A stretch of 64,000 bases of DNA from Phallusia mammillata (Eukaryota): positions 4,650,001 to 4,714,000 of the forward strand of contig OZ281497.1 in NCBI GenBank assembly GCA_965637545.1, written 5' to 3'. This document shows positions 49,131 through 62,200 of this stretch, piece after piece; the first letter of the stretch is position 1, and each line of letters begins with the position of its first letter. Both the position numbers and the translations under genes were made by a program. The notes below the pieces were generated by a model that saw nothing but the letters and a program-made list of their open reading frames with translations, did not search any database and was not told the origin of the DNA.

Positions 49131-52100
49131 TAATGGCTATCTGATATGTTTAGATCCCCTGACATTATTATGGTAACTGAGACTAGAATAACTCTCAAGG
49201 GCATAACCACTGCTACTGATATAATGGGATATAACTTCTATCATGTTGATACTCCCCATAGTGCTGGAGGAGTTGGAGTATATATAAAATCACACTTTGC
49301 ATATAGCATAAGATCTGATATTACACTTACTGCCCCAGATACTGAAAGTCTTTGGTTACAACTTAAATTGAAACAAAAAAATGTAATATTGGGAGTAATA
49401 TACAGGCATCCTAAACACTCATTTGAAAAGTTTCAGGATGCACTATCATCAGTATTGCATAAACTGAGTGATACCAACCAGACTGTTTATATATGTGGTG
49501 ATTTCAACATAGATCTCATGCAACACAAGGAAATTAAAAGTATTCAAAACTTTTTAGATTCTATTCAAATTTATGGTCTATCACCCTTAATATGTCAACC
49601 AACTCGTTTAACTAACCACAGCCAAACTCTTATTGACCATTTTTACACAAACAATGTAAATATTTCCTGCAAATCAGGAATACTATCTGCAGACATTTCT
49701 GACCATCTGCCAACTTTTGTGTTATTGCATTCAACTTGCTATGATAAAACAGAAAAAATGCTAAGTAGAAATGAGACCATGTTTCATCGCGAAAAATTTA
49801 TTTCTGACATAAAAGGTGCTGTTAGCAACATACCTCTATCTACTGAATCTATATTGCACAAATTCACTTTACTCAACCATTATTTTCACAAGATACTCCA
49901 GCAACATGCACCACTTACCACAATGACTAGAAGAAGAAGGAAATTGGCCAAAAAACCTTGGATAAGCAAGGGTATTTATAAGTCAATCAAAACGAAAAAC
50001 AAAACGTATCATGCTTTATGTAGGTCGGGGTTTGCAAGTACAAGTAAACATAACCAATATAAACAGTATCGGAACAAGCTAAACCACATTCTGAGAGAAG
50101 CTAAACATAAATACATTGAAAAGCAATTAACCGATCATAGAAATGATATAGGGGGAATGTGGAAAATAGTCAATAGATTGTTGTCACGAAAACAAACTCC
50201 ACACAATGCCCCAGCAGAACTTAAACTAGATGGTGTAGCACATTGCACCACAGACCCAGTTACAATTGCCAGCAACTTTAATCAGTTCTTTGCTAACATC
50301 GGAGCAAATATGGCTTCGTCTATTCCACAACCAGTAATGCCACCACCGACCAGTGCCTACACCGCACAGCCATCATCCTTCTTCTTCTTTGACACTACCC
50401 CAGATGAGGTGGAAATGTATATATCCACACTTGACAGTCAAAAATCTGTGCCAAGTTATGAAATTCCTATTAAATACATTAAAATGGTTAAAAGCATTAT
50501 TTCACCTATGCTCTCAGAGATTTTTAACTGGTGTATACAAAATGGGGAATACCCCGATGAACTTAAAGTTGCGGAAGTGATACCAATTTATAAATCAGGT
50601 TCACAAGTTGAATGCACTAACTACAGGCCAGTTTCACTGCTATCCCCGTTTGCTAAGATATTTGAAAAAATTATGTATCAACGTTTGTATGACTACGTTG
50701 AAAAAAATGGAATGTTTACAACTCACCAGTATGGTTTTCGATGCAATCGGTCCACCTCCCTGGCAATTTACGACATCCACGAAAGAGTGTTAGCCGCCCT
50801 TGACCAGAAGAAATATACATGCGCTATTTTCCTGGACTTATCAAAAGCGTTTGACACCGTCGATCACAAGGTTTTGTTGTGGAAGTTGGAGCACCTGTAT
50901 GGAATACGGGGAGGCCCCTTACAATTACTATGTAGCTACTTACGTAACCGCAGGCAATGCACACGCATATCACATGTAACATCACAATTTCAATACGTTA
51001 CGTGCGGTTGTCCTCAAGGTTCCTCCTTGGCTCCTCTTCTGTTTTCCCTTTATATTAATGACCTCCCCACTGCATCCCAATTCACAACCAAATTATTTGC
51101 GGATGACACGTGCCTTTGCATGTCATCAGAGTCTTTAACTGATCTGCAGGAAAACGTAAACAAGGAACTCACACACGTGGACAATTGGATGCGACACAAC
51201 AAATTACACTAAACACCAGTAAAACAACGTACCTACTGTTTCGTCCTAGCAAGCGTTCTTTTTCCGACAAGTTTTCCATATTCATGGGATCGCAACAAGT
51301 ACAGCGATCGACGAAAACAAAATACCTGGGAGTATACATCGACGATCAGTTAAATTGGAAACACCATATAACGTATGTCGAAAGAAAATTGGCTCAAGCT
51401 TGCGGTATAGTGTATAAGCTTCGCGATTACCTTGGAGAAAAGTTTCTCCGAATTATTTATTACTCATTTGCATACTCCCATCTGCAATATGCCGTCGCCG
51501 CTTGGGGCAGTGGCTGCACCGCATCACTGCATAACCTCAACATTAAACACAATAAAATCTTGCGAGCTATTACTCGGAGTACCTACCGATGTCGCGCCAC
51601 CCCCATATACTACCATATGCGCCTTCTGAAAATTAGAGACATCTATAAACTAGAATTAGCCAAACTGGTTCACGCGTTTCATTCTGGTGCACTACCTTCC
51701 ACATACAACACCCTGTTTACACCTATTTCGTCAGTCCATGCTCACAACACCAGAAGGGCCGACAGTCAGAATTATTTTTATCCCCGCGCAAACACCGCCG
51801 TTGGCTCAAGGTCAATTTGCTATCGAGGTCCAAAAGTATGGGAAGAAATACCACACGTCACAAAGTCGCTCGCACGCTCCTCCTTTAGGAAAAAATACCG
51901 TTCGCATCTACTGATGCAATACCATCAATCTCGAACTAATACATCTCGAAGTCCAGGCCCCCAGCCCCCCCTAAACAATTAATTTATAGCCTTGTTTCCT
52001 TTTCCTTCTCCACATACTCTGATTTTTTGTTTTTATTTCCTTTCCCACAGTTTTATTCCAGTGTTATTTTTTTGTTATCGCTTTTTAATATTTGTTTATT

Positions 52101-52658
52101 TTGTGCATAAACAACATTACGTAGTCACACATAAAAGGGCAAAGTACTGCCGTAGGATTTGACTTTTTCAGATCTGCCACCTGGGACGAGAACAGTCATC
52201 ACCTTCTACTTCCACACCGTTCAACATCGGAGATCCCCGCCATCGATCCTACGAAACCTAGGAAGCAGAGGAGATAAGCGACGGACACTTCAGAACCAAC
52301 TTCCATCGCAACGAACTGTCCTCGGGACACCCGGGTCTGCCTACGGGATCACAGGAAACGTTCCGAGGAACCGAGCTGGTGTTTCCGTTTAGGCGGGTTT
52401 CATTTGGCCAGCAGAACCCGCGGGTTCAACCACCGTCTTATGCAACCGGACGTACCCCGCCAGGTTCGTGCGGTCGGTTGCGATCCTACGGCAGAACAAA
52501 ACCCACAATACTTCAAGCATCATTCAAATAACGGGACACTTGACTCGATAACCAACGGTTTTTTTCGGTGTCCTTGCTGTGTTTACTAAAATGTTCATCA
52601 ATGACAATTGATTTAGTGACAATGCAAATAAAATTTTGACTTGACTTGACTTTGACTT
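49131..52658 (+). mobile_element. 5'-truncated CR1/L2-group (Crack/Daphne-like) LINE
   Basis: APE endonuclease motifs (GDFN, TLIDH, SDHLP) and RT motifs (NYRPVSLL, LDLSKAFDTVDH, PQGS, FADDT); 3' UTR with aataaa (52627) and (ttgac)n tail 52636-52658. Confidence 0.92.
49146..51982 (+). pseudogene. LINE ORF2 (EN-RT) with a single 1-nt deletion at ~51205
   Basis: ORFs 49146-51212 and 51185-51982 join as NKL/TLNTSKT if one base is restored. Confidence 0.9.
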
Positions 52659-53240
52659 CTGTTAAAAAATATGTATCATAAGTTGTTGGTATTTGGTCAT
52701 AATTTGTTTTGCGCCTATGTTTCGAGTTGTGAGCTCTGCATGCTGCACTTGTGGATGGTTCAGCCTGGAAGGCAAGACTGTACACATTCTAGACAATGTT
52801 TTGCACACAATGCACATTCATTGCACAAAATTACAAGTTTATAAAACTTATTGTCTCACAGCACAAAATAGATACAATTCTAACCCCAAGATACATTCCT
52901 TCAAAAGTTTTATTACAAAACTAGTTGGCAGCAGGTTTAACTTACATCTTCCTCAATTCCTTGTCTTCTGGGTACAACAGTATCAGGCTCTGGAAGTACA
53001 CAACAATATCTAACTACAATGCATTTTCAACACATAGTAATACCATGTACACTTTAGCACTTGTTAGCATGAAGTCAAGATCATTATACAGAAGAATATG
53101 GTTCAACGCATGACCGATTTGCCATCACTTTTATGAGATAATCAGCAGGTTGCATAAACGCTACACATTTTTAGCAGAAGTACCAACACTTATGCAGCTA
53201 ACTATAATGTTTAATTGCAGTGGCAGATGCTTTCACTTAC

Positions 53241-55386
53241 TTTTGTAATTTTAGCAGACAAAACTACCATTTCAGAATCAATGACTATATTTCTCAGCTG
53301 TTGTGCTATAGTGCTTCGGTCTACAATCAAAAACCAAGTACTTACTAACAGAAGCTGGCTTGTTTAACCTTATGAAAGCCTCCAAAAGCATCTTGTTGCA
53401 AGCAAAGTTATTTAGTACCAATTCCTGTCCAAAACAGATATTTTGACATAAGTCATAACTTATTAATGTGACTACAAAGCCAGCAGCATACCTCTTTATA
53501 AATTTCAGAAAGAAAATCTGTGCCCATTGAAGAAAGATTCAGTTGTGAAAAAAGACTCACAAACAATTCATCACGCTGAAGAGGGTTGTATTTAACCCAT
53601 TGCACAATCCCATTAAATACAGTTTCTTCACAATTCTAAGAAATTAATATGCAAAAAGATCTCAGTACAAGCTAATTGGAACCCAAAAAACATATGTTTA
53701 ACTTTTTTAATTAACATGTGTTTTTCACATGCTGACATTTAGACTTGTTTTTATTTACCATTATGACATTTTTAAAACTATGTAAACTTTAGATTTGTTT
53801 TGTTGGCTTACATGAAACTCGAAAGGAATATGGTTCCTGTCAACCTCACTTACCAAACTAGTAAAGTAAAAACAAAAGAAACTTATAAAGTTGTTGTTAC
53901 ATACTATAGATTATCTATTTAAGGGTCTGGTTAACTTTTAAGCCACGTCAAAAGCAGGAATTAGAGAATAAAAAAATATCTAAAATGCAATGTAAGAAAA
54001 TGACAATATTTAACCATTATGTAAACAAGCTTAAAAAAATAACAACTTTTTGTGTACATTGTTTCGTAGTTGGATAATGTCAGATACATCACCAACATCC
54101 AGCTGCAGAAAACTCTCTTGTTTGAAAACAGTTGGAAAATTTTGTGCAATTGTTTCATTTGTCATAACAACAATGTTTTCAAGGTTGTACCGAAGAGCAT
54201 GAGCTCGAACTTTCAAGCAATTTTCCACAGACACCATTTGAAGAATGCAATTGTTGCAAAATACTTTTAACTCTAAAACATTCACATCACCTATTTATAT
54301 AAACTTATTGATCAACTTTTTGCATAAAAGTCTTTACTTGCCATTTACCTTTCATCTGTGTATATTCAGCATCTTCTAACACTTCCACCACATTGTCTTC
54401 AGTGACCTCAATATCACCCAAATAAGCAAAATCCAACAGTCTTTCCAATCTTTTATGTGGAATGTTTTCAACAGGCACTACATCTTGATATTTTTCTTTC
54501 ATCTATAGCAAACCAATCAAAATGCTACTTCAATATCTTTAGTTCTTGTTTTTGATCAGGTTGGTAAGGTTTTGTTCAACTTTGGTGTAAAGGTCCCTTT
54601 TCAAGGTCTTTTTGACAACCAATGGAGAAAGTTATTGATTTACACTATGTCTTACAAACCTATTCTTATAATTCTTACAAACCTGTATTTGAGTTGTGCT
54701 GATTGTTTACCCTACTACAACTACAAAATTTAAAATTTCATAAAGCAAAGCATCACCTCAACTTCAAACATTGTTCGAAAATAATCAGATGCAGCACCAA
54801 TAATACATGCATGAACAGGGTAGGTTTTTTCATCGGACTGAAGTACTTTGTCACAGTGTCGTTTTGCACCTTTTCTGTCTCTGAAATAATCAAATATGAA
54901 TACAACAGCTGAAAAAGTTAATTAACAACAAACCCATGTGGATATACATACAAGTTTAAGTAACTTAAAATATTTTCCTGATGTGTCCTTCTTTCAAGTA
55001 GAGATGGACGCATGCTTAATGCACAGTTTTTAATTGTCTAAATTAAATAAAAACTTCAAAACAAGTTAACACAGTTAAGCTTTGAAGAATTGGCCAAAAA
55101 ACACAATGGTGATGACAAAGCTACTTGTAGAAAAAAGTAGTACCGAGTTCTCTTTAGCTTGAGTACTTAATACCTTAACAGGTCTTACTGTGCAAAAACC
55201 ATTATAATTGTTTGCGATATAATAAAATTGTAACACCTGATTTATTGAACTTTCATCACAAGTTTAAAATACTGCATAGCTGGAAAACAATAAGCAATTT
55301 TAGCGGTATATGTGTACAAAACACTTCATTTCATCTTGCAAGATCCAACTTCGGTATAGGGTCGAATTGTGTAACAATATAAGCAT
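53241..55386 (-). CDS. Kelch-family paralog 2: BTB-BACK only; exons 55386-55325 (tentative), 54880-54757, 54502-54349, 54272-54058, 53635-53492, 53424-53346, 53320-53241; possible tail exons 52989-52946 and 52788-52662
   Basis: Exon lengths 62/124/154/215/144/79 equal those of paralog 1 and the frame is open. The seventh exon is diverged (GG lost) and no Kelch-repeat exons follow. Confidence 0.75.
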
Positions 55387-55833
55387 ATGCCTATGAGCTA
55401 CCCCATTTTCGAAACTTTGCAATATTTCCTCTTATAGTTTAATTTAGGATACAATTGCCATTTTTAAACCATTGTTTTTGTGTTGTTTGTGCAGTCCTGT
55501 GCTCTAATTTAATATTGATTTGACCTTGAACTGCTGATTAATACAAAATGTGATAAGAAATAAGTGTTACTTTACTGTGTTGGTTCATAGTAAACATTTT
55601 TTTATAATGCTTCATACAACTACCTTTAAAATCACAGACACAAATTAAACTAAAATACGAATACAAAATATTTGGTTCCTCAAAATCTTGAAATTCTCCT
55701 TAGTCGGGGAAAATCCCTTAGTGAAAACAAATATCTTGTCATAGACATCGTAAAGTAATAAAAAATATCAAGATTACGGAAAATTAAAGAAACCTCCATT
55801 GGAAAGTAAGGAATAATAAGCTTTTATAACACG

Positions 55834-58128
55834 TGTAGGAAATACGCTTGGTTCTGAGGTTTGAAGTTCCAAAATCCGATTGCAAGCACGAAGCTTTGGT
55901 TGGTTTAGTTTGTGCGGTTGACAACAACGGTAATGCAATTTAAACGTGGCTTGACGTAATGTGATTCATACGCCCAACCGAAGTCGAATCGAATAGAATA
56001 AAGTCAAGGGCTGGGGCGAAGCCCAGTCAATTCTGCCCAACGAGAACTTGAAAGATACGGTATATAAACACATATCAAAACAACGTCATTAAACTACGCA
56101 CATGGGATCTGTTATTGGCCTGGAGGTACAGAACGTTTCCATCCTGTGTTCAAAACATCAATTAGTAATTATATGGGATGTACCTCTGCGGTCTCACGCA
56201 ATCAAACACTTGAAGTATATAAATCACGTAATGGGAAAACTTACAAGTCACGTCCGCTCTTACTCGTGACGTCAATGCGAATATTACATCATTATGTTAC
56301 ATTAGTCTTCCTCCAAAAAGTGTTTTACAAGAAACATGCACAAGAAAGAATTGCGAGACAACATATAAAAACAATTGTGACGATACGAAAGAAAAACATT
56401 TAATTAACCACACCAACTGATACGCGTTAACAGTACAATTTGTCATAACGCTTGCGCGTCTCTCGAGCTCGGTTGTCGACAGTTATCCGAAAATTCGAGA
56501 ATCGGGCTCAGCAGTGGTATGGGAAATTCAAATGTCCTCCTTCATTGTGCCACAAGTAGTTGTATGAATTCACATTTCTGCAACAATAAAATAAACAGCA
56601 GTACACGTACAAAAACGGTTTGCTTTGTGCTAGAGCAAGATTTAGATGCAATTACAAATAACAAAACATCACTAAATAATATCGCCTTTACACTACGTGG
56701 TCAAAGTTATTCACGCAATATGCTTCAGTAAGCAACATCTGAGGCAGCTATGGCCTAGTAAAGATATCTGGTCTAGTGTCTAATGCATCATGTTTCCAAT
56801 TGGGACGCCATCTAGCCAGTAAAGGTATAGCAACCTTGTGAAGTGTCATGGGAGAATATAAGTGCGGGGAAAAGCTCATCCCGTCAAAAATAGAGCATGT
56901 TGCTTGCAGACAATAAGGACTAGTGTAAAGCAGGTACGCGCGAGAAGCTAACGTATTTCTCAGAACCACGAAAAGTAAAAAAAAATTGTGGTGATCAGTC
57001 ACAATCGCTACCAAGAGCTAACTTTTCCTCGGTGGCATACTAGAGAATAAAGTGTCTCAACTCGACAGGTCGAGTCTCCACGAAGCTAATGGATATCGAG
57101 ACAAGCAAAAGCGATAATAAAAAGCTTAGTTTCGATATTAATAGTTCAAATTAAGTGTGTGTTTTCACAATCAGTAGCTTTTAAACTAGCACATTACAAA
57201 TAAAGAGACAAACAAAGGTGTTAGTATAACATATCCCAAGAATGGGGTAGGCAAAGAACTTATAGACATAACAAAAACAAAAGGTAAAACTTAACTGGTA
57301 AGATTCAAAGAAGCTTCATCGTTGAAGTCGTGATTCATGACGATGCTTGTTCCATTTGTTCCGTAATCCAATTGTAATAAACAGTTTGTGTTTCCGATCT
57401 TCGTACCTCGAATAATGTGAATCCCGTACACGATGGATTGATTGATTGATTGATAGTAACCTTCTAGCACTTGGCAAGGCTTAGTGCTTGTTCGTCGACT
57501 CGTCGTAGTCTAAGCGATGCTTGATTGTAGCGGAATTAAGTTGTACCGCTTGCTTGATTGTTGCTTGACGGGTCACAGTTGTTGTTGTTTTGACGTATTC
57601 TTCTTCTTCTCTTCTTGCAATTTTACTGCCGGTAGCAAATCGCAGTCGGGGTACACCAATTGTAGGAAATACGCTTGGTTCTGAGGTTTGAAGTTCCAAA
57701 ATCCGATTGCAAGCACGAAGCTTTGGTTGGTTTAGTTTGTGCGGTTGACAACAACGGTAATGCAATTTAAACGTGGCTTGACGTAATGTGATTCATACGC
57801 CCAACCGAAGTCGAATCGAATAGAATAAAGTCAAGGGCTGGGGCGAAGCCCAGTCAATTCTGCCCAACGAGAACTTGAAAGATACGGTATATAAACACAT
57901 ATCAAAACAACGTCATTAAACTACGCACATGGGATCTGTTATTGGCCTGGAGGTACAGAACGTTTCCATCCTGTGTTCAAAACATCAATTAGTAATTATA
58001 TGGGATGTACCTCTGCGGTCTCACGCAATCAAACACTTGAAGTATATAAATCACGTAATGGGAAAACTTACAAGTCACGTCCGCTCTTACTCGTGACGTC
58101 AATGCGAATATTACATCATTATGTTACA
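55834..58128 (-). mobile_element. Non-autonomous LTR retroelement (2295 bp) with identical 468-bp LTRs
   Basis: LTRs 55834-56301 and 57661-58128 (TG...CA), 4-bp TSD cacg, tRNA-Trp-like PBS tggtgtaccccgac and PPT ggaggaag on the minus strand; 1359-bp interior without a long ORF. Confidence 0.92.
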
Positions 58129-58429
58129 CACGTCCTTGTTTTGACCCACCTTTATAAAGATACTCATCAAATTATAGCAACTAGTTGAGCAAGCAAGTTT
58201 TTGGCTGCGCTCAAATGGTCCTAAGGAAGCACATTCAGGATAGGTACACAACTATGCAACTACATATGAGTCTTGCTCACTTATATACAGCACCAGAATC
58301 TAGCAAGTTATTGTACGTCATCCTCGCGTATGGAATGGCTGTTGTATTGAGTGCGAAAAACTCGGTTGAGAGGAATTATTTTGCTTGGTAAATTATATCT
58401 TTACCAAGAATTAATTAATTTGCCCATCT

Positions 58430-58743
58430 CAGTGGTTCCCAACCGGGGAGGAATTCCTCCCTAGGGAGGAATTTGATGAGTTCAGGGGAGGAATTTCATA
58501 AAAACTGCAAAAAAATTACATTGGAAATGTTACAGAATATTATTGTATGTACATTATTATGTCCATTATAATTTGGACCAGGTTCACATTTGGTAAAGGA
58601 TTCTGAATAGACATCCCTAATTATAAGGTCTATATCAAATTGCTATAATTTTTTATGTTATATTTGTTTGTTTTATGAGGAGCAATGAATAGTTCGAAAA
58701 TGGGCGAAGGGAGGAATATAACAAAAAAGGTTGGGAACCACTG
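58430..58743. mobile_element. hAT-type MITE
   Basis: TIRs cagtggttcccaacc / ggttgggaaccactg; subterminal gggaggaat repeats; TSD degenerate (gcccatct / gcctattg). Confidence 0.75.
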
Positions 58744-59288
58744 GCCTATTGGAAGCTACAGGCTCAAGCATGTCCAATGAGACACTTCTGTCCGAACTTT
58801 AGGCAATAAAAGAAAATATGTATTCTTTTGCATATTTTAAGGTTGCTGGTAGGAAGATAAAAACCATTCATACAAAAGCAAAACAAACAAAAGACAAAAA
58901 GTGCAGATTTCATACAGTGGATTTGACATTGACAGTCCAACCTCCTGTCAATTTACCTAAACATTTACAAACCTAAAAAACTTTAAACTAAATCAGACTA
59001 ATTGATGCTAGCATTATTCATGAAATGCACAAATCTTTAAAAGTAGAAAAGGTTAACAGGATAAGAAATAATTGAAAAACTTGGTAATGCTCCAAATACA
59101 ACATAACAGCAAATAAAATCAATATCATGAGTACAATGGTAACAAAAAGAAAACCAAAGGGGTAAATACAGTGCCAGACTCACTTACTTCACGCAATATG
59201 GGTATTACTAGGACAAAGAACACAATTTTTGCAAATGTTTTGTCAGTACTATAGATTTGGATTAACAGGTAAACAAACAAAAAACATT

Positions 59289-62200
59289 TTAAAAGGCAAC
59301 TGCAGAGGCTGCATATAGAGGATTTTCCATTTCAAACAAGATTTTCCAAGTATCCAATGCTGGACTGTACATCTCAACAGATGATATTGCTCCACGGTTA
59401 TAGCTTAAAAAGTAAACAACTAAATCAGTTTACTAAAATTGATGCTCAATGTATGCTCAAGCACCATCGTATTTGAATTCAATCCACTTGGTAAAAGAAA
59501 ACATGGCAACTAACTGCACTAAAACAATCACTAAGTCAGAAAAAGCTGTGCAATATTAAAAGCACATAAAAGTGGTGGGCACAATTGCTCAATAATAGCA
59601 GAGCATGCTGAAGTTGCACCATATATATAAAGTTTTTTTATGAGACTGGAAGTTTACACAATCCCAGGATAGTCAGTTTAACTTAAAGGTTACAAATGGT
59701 TGGTTTAACCTACTTCCAAATGTCACCTATAGGTAAAAGTTGCTACAATGCAACTCACCCGCCGATAGTTAAGATTTTGGTGCCCACAACACAAGCAGAT
59801 GGGCGACTACGAGCAACTTTCAATGGGTTGGCTTCCTCCCATCGATTCACCTCTGGCCTGTATATTTCAACAGTTGACAGGCTGCCATTATCAGCATAAC
59901 CTCCTGTACAGTACAAAATAAACAGGTAGCGAAGTTAAATTCCTAAAAGAAGCCTTTTCCCTTCTTTGTCACTATAGTTACATAATCCATCTACTATAGT
60001 TACAGCAAACTTAAGTCTACTAAAGAAGTTACATTTTATGGCATTTTTAACATAAATAAGCCATCCAAAACATGAAATAAACGTTTTCAAGCATACCATT
60101 TTTAAATCCAAAACAATTGTCAAAAGAACGAAACATATATTTTTTAATTCCACAATAATAAAAAGGACCTGTATATAAAACAAACTGTATTTACCAATTG
60201 CATATATATACCCATTCAACACAACACTAGACAAATAATGACGGGGTTGATTAAGTGGTGCAATCTCATTCCATTTTCCGATTCTTACATCATACCGTTC
60301 ACATGAAGTCAGTCGCTTGCTGCCATCATGTCCCCCAATGCAATAAAGTGAATCTGTAAAAAAGAACACTATTAAATTCATGCAATAGAAGTAGGCAAAC
60401 AATATACTACAGACCAAAACATATTTTGCATTACAACTTAAAAAAACAAACATTTTAAGCAAAAACAGTTGTTGTTGTTATACATGTTGTTTCCAACAGG
60501 CACCAAAACATTGTACTTAGAATTTATAGATAACAACTGGCAAGGTTTTGCAACATGAAAAACTTTTATTTAGACTATTTATAGGTTTTTGAGCAGGTGT
60601 CCCCAATGTTAGAAATGAAGTCAGATTAGCTTCTATTATTATTTACCTGTTATCCAATTGACAAAAAGAACAATTGATTTTAGAAAAATTTAGTATGTTT
60701 ATTGTTTAATCAAATTTTTAAAAGTGTTTGGAGGATCCTGATCGCCAATCCCATCATACTACTTTATAGTTACGGCATTTTTTAAACTTACTATTGCACA
60801 CAACAGTTCCGTGTCCATATCGTCTGTACAGCATGTTGCTTATCCTCATCCATTCATTGTTGGCAATATCAAACTTTTCACAGTGTGACAAATACACTTG
60901 TGGACCTCCAGAGTGACCCCCAGTTACAAAAATATAATCTTTGAAATAAAGAATCGTACTTTTATTCTAATTGGTGATGACATAATTGGTTTGGAAGTTC
61001 CATTGTATTTTTAGCTTGAAAAAATGTTTGCCTAAATGAAGTTTGGATTCCAACTTAACACAACATAAACAGTGGACATAAAGGTGTTTTACAGACAAAA
61101 CATAATACCATCCATATAGCCAGAGCCACAGTAATCACGAGCATCAAACATATTGGATAGTGCTTTCCACTTCATTTGTCCCCGTAGGCTTAAAACTTCA
61201 CAACTTTTTAAACATTTTCCAGCTTTAGATCCTCCAATAGCATACACATCACTTTCAATTTTTAATGATGTCACACCAGCTCTTCCAGTTTTCAGTTTCT
61301 GTTTAATATTAACACCATTTATTCCCAAATATTCAGAACTTTAATCTACATTACAGTACCAACTTACTGGAAATTGTTTGACTTGTTTTGTAAACATGTT
61401 ATAAGAAACACAACGTGTCTCTGAATCTTGCCCCCCAATCATTAGAAATTTTTCTGATGCTAAAAACATTTAGTACTTCATTAAAAAAATTATGCAAAAA
61501 CCATAACAAGGGTGCACCACCTGCAACAGACTGAAAGTGTTGAGCATGTTTCTTTAATGCTTCAACAAGCATGTTCGAACACACCAGGCTGTTTTTGACC
61601 AAATTCTGTAAAAAAACAACACATATTAAGCTTTTTTTAAACAACTTAAAAACAAATGAATAAAAAATACATGATAACTCTACCTGGACATTTATTTCAT
61701 AGAGATAGTCCAGTCTCATTGTGGAAAAGTCAAGTTGAGAGAAAAAATTTTCAAAAAATTCCCCACGAAGAAGGGGGTTATGATTCACCCACAGGGAAAT
61801 CCCAGTAAACACCACTTCGTCACAGCTCTAAAAAGAATTATCACTGAAATATTATTTTGCTCCTGTAATGGTAAAATATTCTTACTTGACTCCTATTCTT
61901 TAGGACACTGGACATATTATCAATGTCAAGTTGCCTGAAACTTTCCTGTTGTACAACAGTCGCAAAATTTTCCGCAATCGACTGATTTGTTTTGTCCAGT
62001 AAATCATCCAGGCTATATTGCTTAGCATAAGCCCAAAGTTTCAAGCAATTTTCAACAGAAAGAAGTTTAATAAGAAATGCACTGCACTTTGATTTTAACA
62101 CTAAAACGCAAAATTTGAATGTAAAAAGAAGTTTGAAATGAAAACTGTTTAGGAGGGTATGACTTACCTTCAATTTGGGTGTATTCTGCATCATTCAAAA

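Noticed and set aside
56146-58188. Duplicated MFKTSISNY... ORFs (56146, 57973)
   Set aside because: Both start within the identical LTRs on the antisense strand; repeat artefact.
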